Assembly (NCBI GenBank): GCA_011523565.1
Contig: WTGL01000072.1
Location: forward strand, 1,914 to 57,342
Length of the DNA stretch: 55,429 nt
Source: Acidobacteriota bacterium
GTDB taxonomy: Bacteria; Acidobacteriota; Thermoanaerobaculia; Multivoradales; Multivoraceae
Direction of reading: 5' to 3'
Under the pieces are notes generated by a model. That model had not been told where the DNA came from and did not search any database. It worked only from the letters and a program-made list of their open reading frames with translations. Of this stretch, positions 19,520-26,867 are shown piece by piece. Within the stretch, counting starts at the first letter, position 1, and each line of letters starts with the position of its first letter. The translations under genes and the position numbers were made by a program.

Positions 19520-22072
19520 ATGGAAGCCGCCCGAAGAGCCTGGATTCCGGCCCTTGCAGCAGGGCTCCTCTTCGTCTTCACGGCCCCGCTGGCCGCGCAG
19601 GAGGAGAGGAAGGAGACCCGCAAGGAGAGGCGGGAGCGCCGGGCGGCGATGGAAGCGGCCGAAGAGGCGCTGCCGCTCGAGTTCAAGAAGTTCCTCGACG
19701 ACGTCCACTACCTGATCTCGGAGACGGAGCGCGAGGCGTTCCTCGCCGTCACGCAGGACTACCAGCGCCGGGCCTGGATCGAACGGTTCTGGCGCGTGCG
19801 CGACTCCTACCCCGACACGCCGCGCAACGAGTTCCGGGCCCGCTGGGAGGAGCGCCTGCTCTACGTCGAGCAGGAGTTCGAAGACAAGCGATCGGACCGC
19901 GCGTGGATGTTCCTGCTCAACGGGGAGCCTGACGGACGGCTCCAGTTCCAGTGCACGATGGTCACCTGGCCGATCGAGATCTGGTTCTACCGGCGCAGCG
20001 ACCAGGTGGGCCACGAGTTCTTCCTGCTGTTCTACCGCCGCGCCAACCAACCCATCTACGAACTCTGGCACCCCACCGACGGCCTCGACCGGCTGCTGGA
20101 CTACGGCGTCAGCGCGCAGGGGGTGGCCGGCGAAATCCAGGGCTGCAAGGACGGCGACATCGCCGCGTCCGCGATCAACTGGCTGCTGCGCTCGAACGGC
20201 ATGGAGTTCGCCATGCTGATGGGACGCCTGATCGAAACGCCGGAGGCGCCCTCGGCGGAGTGGACGCTCACCTTCGAGGCCTACACGACGGACGTGCCGG
20301 AAGACGCCGAGCCCCTGGACGCCAGCCTCGAGGTCCGCTACCCGGCGCGCTACCAGGCGCGGACCGTGGTCGAGGCCCTGGTCGAGATCGACCCGTCCTC
20401 CGCCCGCCCCGACACGGTGGGCGGGCAGTCGAGCTACAACTTCTTCCTCACCGGGGAAATCCTGCGCGAGGACGCGCTGTTCGAGAACTTCCGGTACAAG
20501 TTCGACCTGCCGCTGGGCAGCGCGGCGGGCATCGACGGCGCGCCGATCCTGCTCTCCTTCGAACGGCGGCTGCGGCCGGGCGACTACCGCCTCGTGCTGA
20601 AGATCGAGGATCTGAACGGCGCCCGCTTCGCCCGCCTGGAGCAGCCCCTCGAGGTGCCGACCCTCGAGGCGCCCGCCGCCCGCCAGCTCGACCCGGCGGT
20701 GCAGAAGATCATCGACCAGGCGGAGGCCGTGCTCTCGAGCGAGGTGCCCACCGTGCAGCTCCTGGAACCGCCCGGCGAACTCCAGACCGGCCTGGTGCGC
20801 TTCGACACTCTGGCGACCGGCGACATCGCCGAGATGCGCTTCTGGCTCGACGGCAACCAGGTTGCCCGCAAGCGCCGGGCGCCGTTCTCGGTCGAGCTCG
20901 ATCTCGGCTCGGTGCCCCGGGTCCACGTCCTGCGCGCCACCGCCCACGATGAGGACGGCGCCGAGGTCGCCTCGGACGAGATCTCCATGAACTCCGGGCG
21001 CAACCGCTTCGCCCTCCGTTTCGCCGAACCGCGCGAAGGCGTCAAGTACGAAGGCGAAGTCCAGGTCGAGATCGACCTCGCCGTCCCGGACACAAGCCTG
21101 GTCGAGCGCCTGGAGCTCTTCCTCAACGACGAGCCGGTCGCCACCCTCTACCAGGAGCCCTTCAGCCAGCGGGTCGAGCTTCCGCCCGGCGACGAGATCA
21201 CCTACCTGCGCGCCGCCGCCTTTCTGGTCGACGGCAACTCCACCGACGCGGTCGTCTACGTCAACGCGCCGGACTACCTGGAGATTCTCGACATCCAGTA
21301 CGTCGAGCTCTACGCGACCGCGCTGCACCGATCGGGCCGGCCGGTCGAGGACCTGCGCGCCGACCAGGTTGCGATCCTCGAGGACGGCGCGCCGCAGGAG
21401 ATCCTGCGCTTCCAGCGGGTCACCGACCTGCCGGTCCACGTCCAGGTGATGCTCGACGTCTCGGCCTCCATGGTCGACCGTCTGGCCACCGCCCGCGAGG
21501 CCGCTCTCGGCCTGTTCCAAAGCGCGATCACCCCTCGCGACCGGGCGGCCCTGGTCACCTTCAACGACCACCCGTACCTCGCCTCCGACTTCACCAACGA
21601 CACCGCCAAGCTCGCCGGGTCGCTCGCCGGTCTCAAGGCCGAACGCGGCACCGCCCTCTACGACGCGCTCGTCTTCGGCCTCTACTACCTGAACGGGATC
21701 AAGGGTCAGCGCGCGCTGGTGCTCCTCTCCGACGGCAAGGACGAGAGCAGCCGCTTCAGCTTCGACCAGACCCTCGAGTACGCCCAACGCTCCGGCGTCG
21801 CGATCTACGCGATCGGCCTCGGCCGCCAGGTGGGCGCCGCCAAGCGGGCACTCTCACGCCTCGCCACGCAGACCGGCGGCCGCTCCTTCTTCATCGGCAG
21901 CGTCGGCGAACTCGCCGGCGTCTACGACCAGATCCTCGGCGAGCTGCGCTCCCGCTACCTGATCACCTACCAGTCGACCAACACGAGCGGCAACCGCCGC
22001 TTCCGCGAAATCGAGGTCGACGCCAGGGTTCCGGGCGTGTCGATCCGTGCGCTGAAGGGGTACTACCCGTGA
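19520..22072 (+). CDS. GWxTD-like domain / Acidobacteria-type VWA (TIGR03436-like) secreted protein
   Basis: Signal peptide. N-terminal block ERFWRVRDSYPDTPRNEF...LLNGEPD. C-terminal VWA with MIDAS-like MLDVSASM...GTALYDAL...LLSDGKDESS. Confidence 0.75.
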   Translation: MEAARRAWIPALAAGLLFVFTAPLAAQEERKETRKERRERRAAMEAAEEALPLEFKKFLDDVHYLISETEREAFLAVTQDYQRRAWIERFWRVRDSYPDTPRNEFRARWEERLLYVEQEFEDKRSDRAWMFLLNGEPDGRLQFQCTMVTWPIEIWFYRRSDQVGHEFFLLFYRRANQPIYELWHPTDGLDRLLDYGVSAQGVAGEIQGCKDGDIAASAINWLLRSNGMEFAMLMGRLIETPEAPSAEWTLTFEAYTTDVPEDAEPLDASLEVRYPARYQARTVVEALVEIDPSSARPDTVGGQSSYNFFLTGEILREDALFENFRYKFDLPLGSAAGIDGAPILLSFERRLRPGDYRLVLKIEDLNGARFARLEQPLEVPTLEAPAARQLDPAVQKIIDQAEAVLSSEVPTVQLLEPPGELQTGLVRFDTLATGDIAEMRFWLDGNQVARKRRAPFSVELDLGSVPRVHVLRATAHDEDGAEVASDEISMNSGRNRFALRFAEPREGVKYEGEVQVEIDLAVPDTSLVERLELFLNDEPVATLYQEPFSQRVELPPGDEITYLRAAAFLVDGNSTDAVVYVNAPDYLEILDIQYVELYATALHRSGRPVEDLRADQVAILEDGAPQEILRFQRVTDLPVHVQVMLDVSASMVDRLATAREAALGLFQSAITPRDRAALVTFNDHPYLASDFTNDTAKLAGSLAGLKAERGTALYDALVFGLYYLNGIKGQRALVLLSDGKDESSRFSFDQTLEYAQRSGVAIYAIGLGRQVGAAKRALSRLATQTGGRSFFIGSVGELAGVYDQILGELRSRYLITYQSTNTSGNRRFREIEVDARVPGVSIRALKGYYP

Positions 22073-24600
22073 GATTCGCAGCAGCGTCCGCGCTTCTCGT
22101 CCTCACCCTCCTCGCCACCGCCGCCCTGGCCCAGGACGACGCCACCGCCACCCTCGACCGCCGCCATGCGGACTTCCTCGACACCGCCGACGCGATCCTC
22201 ACGGACACCGAGCGGCGCGTGTTCGGCGAACTCCGGCACGGCTACCAGCGCGACGCCTTCATCAAGCGCTTCTGGAGCGTCCGCGACCCCTATCCTGAAA
22301 CGCCGCAGAACGAGTTCCGGGAGCGCTTCGATCACATGCGGGAGCTGGCCGACGAGCGCTTCGGCGGCGCCCGGGGCGCCCGTTTCGAGGCGCTGCTCCT
22401 GCACGGGGAGCCGCAGCGCGCGTTCACCACCACGTGCCGGCTGCTGCGCACGCTTCACATCTGGCACTATTCGCACAGCCCGGTCGTGCGCGGCGAGTTC
22501 TACCTCGTCTTCCTGCGCCAAGGGGGCGACTACCGCTTGTGGACGGTCACCGACGGGCTCTCCGGCCTGCTCATCTTCACCGGTGCGGCGATCGACCGCG
22601 ATTCCCGGATCGAGGAGATCAACCGCGAGTGCGCGCGCGGCGGCGACGTGCTGACCGCGCTGGCACTGGCGCTCGACTGGGAGGCGATGGGCGGCGAACC
22701 CGAGCCCGGACGGGCCAACGACGAATGGGCGCTCGCCTTCCTCGACCGCAGCACGGAGGCGCCGGCCGGCGCGGCGCAGTTGCCGGCCGAGATCGCGATG
22801 CGGTACCCGGGACGCCGGGGCAGCCGCACCGTGGTCCAGGCGATCGTCGGCATCGATCCGGCCCGGCTGCCCGAGGCCGGGGACGGCCGCCGGCGCTTCC
22901 TGCTCGACGGCGAGGTCCTGCGGCAGGGCGAACTGTTCGAGAACTTCCGCTATCGCTTCGAGCCGCGCACCCGGTCTCCGGCCAGAGGCAGCGGAGCGAT
23001 TCCCCTCGTCATGCAGCGCTATCTGCGACCCGGGGCGTACCGGCTGGTGGTCAAGGTGCGCGACCAGGACAGTGGCAGCTACTTCGCCGCCAACGCGGAC
23101 ATCGACGTGCCGCTCGTGCCGCGGACACCGGCGGAAGCGGCCGCCCCGGGCCTCGCGGCCAACCCGACCAGCCCGGCCAGCCCGGCCAGCCCGGCGGACT
23201 GGCTGGCCGAGGCGAACGCGGCCGCACCCCTCGACACCGAGTCGGACGAGCACACCGTCCGCATCCTGCCGCTGCCCGAGCGGCTCCTCGTCGGCCGCGT
23301 CCGGATCGGCGCCGACGCCGAGGGCGCGGACATCCACCGGGTCGCGTTCTCGCTCAATGACCGGGAGCTGATCAGCAAGCGACGGCCGCCTTACCAGGTG
23401 GAGATCGACCTGGGTCCGACGCCGCGCATCCACACGCTGCAGGCGAACGCCTACGACCCGCAGGGAGGTGTGCTGGCAAGCGACGAAGTGCTGCTCAACT
23501 CCGGGCCGCACCGCTTCACCGTCCGTCTGACCTCGCCCCAACGCGGAGCTAACCACACGCGCAGCGTGCGCGCGGTCGCCGAAGTCGAAGCGCCGCGCCA
23601 CGAGCGGCTCGACCGGGTCGAGTTCTTCCTCAACGACACCCGCACCGCGACCCTCTACCAGCCGCCCTTCGAGCAGCCGATCCGGATCGATCCGGGCGAG
23701 CCCCTCTCCTACGTTCGCGTGGTGGCCCACCTGGAAACCGGCGCCTGGGCCGAGGATCTCGTCTTCGTCAACTCCCGCGACCGGGTCGAGTACGTCGACG
23801 TCGCCCTGATCGAGCTCTACGTCTCGGTCACTGACCGCTCCGGCGCGCCCCTGACCGGCCTGGCCGAGGGCGACTTTATGGTCTTCGTCGACGGCGAGGC
23901 GCAGCCCCTCCAGCGTTTCGACCAGGCCGCCAACCTGCCCGTCCACGCCGGCATCCTCTTCGACACCTCGACCTCCATGGTCGACCGCATCGACGCCGCC
24001 GAGGAGGCGGCGCTCCACTTCTTCGAACTCGTCCTCGGGCCGCAGGACCGCGCCTGTCTGATCACCTTCAACGACCGGCCCGAGCTCGCCGTCGGCTTCA
24101 CCGGCTCCAGGGAGACCCTGGCCGGCGGCCTGGCGGACCTGACCACGGAGGGCGAGACCGCCCTCTACGACAGCGTGCTCTACGCCCTCTACTACTTCGG
24201 CGGCCTGCGCGGCAAGCGGGCGCTGATCCTGCTCACCGACGGCGGCGACTCCAGCAGCGAGCACCACTTCGACGACGTGCTCGACTTCGCCCGGCGCAGC
24301 CAGGTGGCGATCTACAGCATCGGCATCGACATCGACCAGCGCGAACTCCTCGTTCGGGGCCGGCTGCAGCAGCTCTGCAACGAGACCGGGGGCCGGTGCT
24401 TCTTCATCACCGGAGCATCGGAGCTGAAGCGCGTCTACGAACGGATCGAAACCGAGGTCCGCTCCCAGTACCTGCTCGCGTTCGAGTCTCCCGAGGGCGA
24501 CCCCGACGCCTTCCGCAAGGTCGACGTGAAGCTCGCCAACCCCCGACCCCAGGGCCGCCGTGGCGTCAAGGTCCAGACGATCCCGGGCTACTTCCAGTGA
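22069..24600 (+). CDS. Paralogous GWxTD-like / VWA secreted protein
   Basis: Same architecture as the upstream gene (KRFWSVRDPYPETPQNEF...; LFDTSTSM...ETALYDSV...LLTDGGDSSS). The GTG start overlaps the upstream stop (GTGA). Confidence 0.75.
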   Translation: MRFAAASALLVLTLLATAALAQDDATATLDRRHADFLDTADAILTDTERRVFGELRHGYQRDAFIKRFWSVRDPYPETPQNEFRERFDHMRELADERFGGARGARFEALLLHGEPQRAFTTTCRLLRTLHIWHYSHSPVVRGEFYLVFLRQGGDYRLWTVTDGLSGLLIFTGAAIDRDSRIEEINRECARGGDVLTALALALDWEAMGGEPEPGRANDEWALAFLDRSTEAPAGAAQLPAEIAMRYPGRRGSRTVVQAIVGIDPARLPEAGDGRRRFLLDGEVLRQGELFENFRYRFEPRTRSPARGSGAIPLVMQRYLRPGAYRLVVKVRDQDSGSYFAANADIDVPLVPRTPAEAAAPGLAANPTSPASPASPADWLAEANAAAPLDTESDEHTVRILPLPERLLVGRVRIGADAEGADIHRVAFSLNDRELISKRRPPYQVEIDLGPTPRIHTLQANAYDPQGGVLASDEVLLNSGPHRFTVRLTSPQRGANHTRSVRAVAEVEAPRHERLDRVEFFLNDTRTATLYQPPFEQPIRIDPGEPLSYVRVVAHLETGAWAEDLVFVNSRDRVEYVDVALIELYVSVTDRSGAPLTGLAEGDFMVFVDGEAQPLQRFDQAANLPVHAGILFDTSTSMVDRIDAAEEAALHFFELVLGPQDRACLITFNDRPELAVGFTGSRETLAGGLADLTTEGETALYDSVLYALYYFGGLRGKRALILLTDGGDSSSEHHFDDVLDFARRSQVAIYSIGIDIDQRELLVRGRLQQLCNETGGRCFFITGASELKRVYERIETEVRSQYLLAFESPEGDPDAFRKVDVKLANPRPQGRRGVKVQTIPGYFQ

Positions 24601-25196
24601 GCGGGGCGCCCTCCGCCCCTGGCTCCCTGGTTCTCGCTTCCGCTTCCCCCCGCCGCCGCGAGCTGCTGGAATCGCTTGACCTCGACTTCGTGGTCCGCCC
24701 CGCCGCCGTCGACGAAACGCCGAACCCCGGCGAGCGCCCCCGAGACCTGGTGCGGCGGCTGGCGCGCGAGAAGGCGGAGGCCCAGGCCGAGGACGGCGAA
24801 TGGGTGCTCGCCGCCGACACGATCGTCGTCGAGAACGGCGACGTCCTCGGCAAACCCCGGGACCGCGACCAGGCCAGGGAGATGCTCCAGCGTCTCCAGG
24901 GCCGCTGGCACCTGGTCCTCACCGGCGTTGCCTTGAGGCCCCCCGACGGCGACACGCTGCACGCCGTCGAGAGCACCCGCGTCCTGTTCGCCGAACTCAC
25001 CCCTGAGCAGATCAACTGGTACGCCGCCACCGGCGAACCCGACGACAAGGCCGGCGCCTACGCCGTCCAGGGCCTGGGGGCGCTGTTCGTCGACGAGATC
25101 GACGGCAACTACAGCAACGTCGTGGGGTTGCCGCTGCCGACGGTGCGGCAGTTGTTCGAAGGGGCGGGGAGTGATGTGAGGGCGTTTCGCCGGTAG
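24597..25196 (+). CDS. maf: Maf-like nucleoside triphosphate pyrophosphatase
   Basis: LVLASASPRRRELLESLDLDF...AGAYAVQG. The GTG at 24597 overlaps the upstream stop. Confidence 0.85.
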   Translation: MSGAPSAPGSLVLASASPRRRELLESLDLDFVVRPAAVDETPNPGERPRDLVRRLAREKAEAQAEDGEWVLAADTIVVENGDVLGKPRDRDQAREMLQRLQGRWHLVLTGVALRPPDGDTLHAVESTRVLFAELTPEQINWYAATGEPDDKAGAYAVQGLGALFVDEIDGNYSNVVGLPLPTVRQLFEGAGSDVRAFRR

Positions 25197-25249
25197 GGGG
25201 AGAGGGACTCCAGTAGTATTGCGACACCTGAGGGGGTGTTCTCTTCGAG

Positions 25250-25992
25250 TTCACGAACCAAGCGACGGCCGGTCGCCAATCGAAAAGGAGATCCCGAATG
25301 ACCGAGAGGATCCTCGCAGAGGAAATCGCCTTCTACGAGAAGCACTTCGAGGAGTTTCGCCGGAAGTACGCCGGGCAGTACCTTCTCATTCACGGCGCTC
25401 AGTTGATCGGCGCGTACGACGACGAGTTGGAGGCCAACTACGACGGCTATCGGCAGGTTTGGAGGACGCGCACGGAGGGGCAAGGCTACCTGGTCCTGAA
25501 GGCGGGCGACCCGGCCATGCCGGTCGTGGAGATGCCCATCGTGACCAGGACTCGCTGGCCCTCCGATGCTGAGAATCCAACTTGAGGAGCGCTTCGGTGC
25601 CATCGTACAAGTCGAGATTCGACTACCGAGGGATCTGACACGAGAACAACACGTTCTTGGAAGGCACCCTGAGACTGTTCGGGGGGACGCCCTTGTCGAT
25701 ACCGGGTCCGATGTCACGGCCTTCGACCTTGACGCCGCAGTCCGAGCCGGATTGGAAAAGAGCGGTAGCGGAAAACTGACTACCGTCCTCGGCCACCACA
25801 GCGGGCAGGTTCCGCTACTGCTGGCTGAGGTCGAAATCACCGGATTCGGTACGTTCCCGGTGACAGGCGGCCGAGGCTTCGATCTTGCCCACCTGGACTA
25901 CGTCGCGGTCATCGGCCGCGACATCCTCCGGCACGGCATCCTGGTCTACAACGGCAGAGAAGGCTGGGCGACTCTGTCCCGCAATGGCGGCC
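25250..25992 (+). repeat. Direct-repeat copy 1 (~740 bp) covering the leader, the 95-aa gene and most of the protease gene
   Basis: Aligns by eye with 31033-31780 at roughly 80% nucleotide identity, starting at CA(C/T)GAACC..GCGACGGCCGGTCGCCAATCGAA and ending near CGCAATGG(C/T)GGC. Confidence 0.8.
25298..25585 (+). CDS. Small (95 aa) conserved hypothetical protein, copy 1; partner of the retropepsin-like protease. It possibly resembles DUF5678, but I cannot verify that.
   Basis: AAGGAG lies 8 nt upstream of the ATG. About 80% identical to the product of 31083-31370. Core motif KYAGQYLLIHGAQLIGAYDD. Confidence 0.75.
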   Translation: MTERILAEEIAFYEKHFEEFRRKYAGQYLLIHGAQLIGAYDDELEANYDGYRQVWRTRTEGQGYLVLKAGDPAMPVVEMPIVTRTRWPSDAENPT

Positions 25993-26015
25993 AGACAGAG
26001 GGGCGGTCGGTCTGA
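25566..26015 (+). CDS. Retropepsin-like (clan AA) aspartic protease, copy 1
   Basis: 149 aa. Active-site motif ALVDTGSDVT (D-T-G) and a C-terminal IIGRDILRH flap/dimer-like motif. The start overlaps the upstream gene by 20 nt. Confidence 0.8.
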   Translation: MLRIQLEERFGAIVQVEIRLPRDLTREQHVLGRHPETVRGDALVDTGSDVTAFDLDAAVRAGLEKSGSGKLTTVLGHHSGQVPLLLAEVEITGFGTFPVTGGRGFDLAHLDYVAVIGRDILRHGILVYNGREGWATLSRNGGQTEGRSV

Positions 26016-26190
26016 AGCCGGCGTGCGGGCGTTTCTACCGCCAGATTGCGTCTAGATCTCTATGAGGGGTCAAGACTCCCGTGAGTGCCTGCGCCGAGCA
26101 TCGGCGATCGTCCCTCTCGACATCCCGCTGTTAGCATCACTACTGACGACAGGCTTGCCTCAACGGATTCCACCGCCCTACGGAGAGCAC

Positions 26191-26715
26191 ATGACAACCG
26201 GAGAACAGGTCAGTGAGTCGCGGCGAAACGAGGCGTGGTTCGACTATCTTGAGGCGGTTCGGCTGGAGCGCTACTACTACAAGCTCTACGACCGCTACCA
26301 GGTGTGGAGGCAGGCAATCCGCCTCCTCATCTTTCTGTCTGTCTCGGGCAACGTCGTCGGCGCCTTGCAAGGCGCGCCCTCCTGGGTCATCTGGAGCGTG
26401 AGCACGGTTGCCGCGATCCTGCTGGCCGTCGACTTCCTGGGGGACCATGCCCGAAAGGCCGCCAGTTCCTTCGCCATCAGCCAGGCTTGCGCGGCGCTCT
26501 GCAACGACTACAGCCGTTTGTGGCAACAGATCAATGAGCGGGAGATCGACGAACTGCAGGTCGTCTCCAGACTCGCCGACCTGGCCGAGACCGTACGGAG
26601 AACGACCGGCCGAGCCGGCGATGTGGACCTGCGAACCAACGAGCGGCTGAACGAGCGGTCCACCGTGGAAGCCAACCAGCTCCTGGAGAGCCGCTATGTC
26701 GTCCAGGAAGCATAG
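26191..26715 (+). CDS. Two-TM membrane protein with a SLATT-like architecture (helix, TM hairpin, helical tail)
   Basis: The ATG at 26191 follows GGAGAG; an alternative ATG lies at 26062. TM1 is AIRLLIFLSVSGNVVGAL and TM2 is WVIWSVSTVAAILLAVDFL. They are flanked by an aromatic-rich helix (WFDYLEAVRLERYYYKLYDRY) and a helical tail. Confidence 0.6.
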   Translation: MTTGEQVSESRRNEAWFDYLEAVRLERYYYKLYDRYQVWRQAIRLLIFLSVSGNVVGALQGAPSWVIWSVSTVAAILLAVDFLGDHARKAASSFAISQACAALCNDYSRLWQQINEREIDELQVVSRLADLAETVRRTTGRAGDVDLRTNERLNERSTVEANQLLESRYVVQEA

Positions 26716-26830
26716 TGACGCCGGCAAGCGTCGCAGCGAGATCCGAACCGCTTCCTCCGGAAAGCCGCCGAGGCCGCCGAAGATCAAACCCGTGAAGCCG
26801 CCGCCACGGCCTTCGCCCAAGAAGAAGTAG
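26696..26830 (+). CDS. Possible 44-aa Lys/Pro/Arg-rich peptide ORF, below the ORF-track size cut-off
   Basis: Translation MSSRKHSDAGKRRSEIRTASSGKPPRPPKIKPVKPPPRPSPKKK. Overlaps the 2-TM gene end by 20 nt. Third positions are mostly G/C. No other support. Confidence 0.25.
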   Translation: MSSRKHSDAGKRRSEIRTASSGKPPRPPKIKPVKPPPRPSPKKK

Positions 26831-26867
26831 GGCGCCATCGTTTCCGCTGGGTGTGCGGACCTTCTGA

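Noticed and set aside
23160-23195. CCCGGCCAG x3 microsatellite
   Set aside because: It is in frame inside the second GWxTD/VWA gene (PASPASPA linker). It is noted under that finding and is not an independent element.
25249-25256. Additional isolated GTTCACGA / GTGAAC half-sites (25249-25256, 53102-53107, and several inside the metzincin genes, e.g. ~35913, ~36394, ~37017, ~44566)
   Set aside because: These are single hexamers or heptamers without the 21-bp partner. The intragenic ones derive from the recurring V-N-G-H codons of the repeated protein module. They are expected by chance or by coding constraint.
25566-25585. Programmed ribosomal frameshift fusing the 95-aa protein to the retropepsin-like protease (gag-pro analogy)
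   Set aside because: The protease frame is +1 (not -1) relative to the small gene. No slippery heptamer or downstream structure is evident, and the protease has its own ATG conserved in both copies. Translational coupling is the simpler reading.
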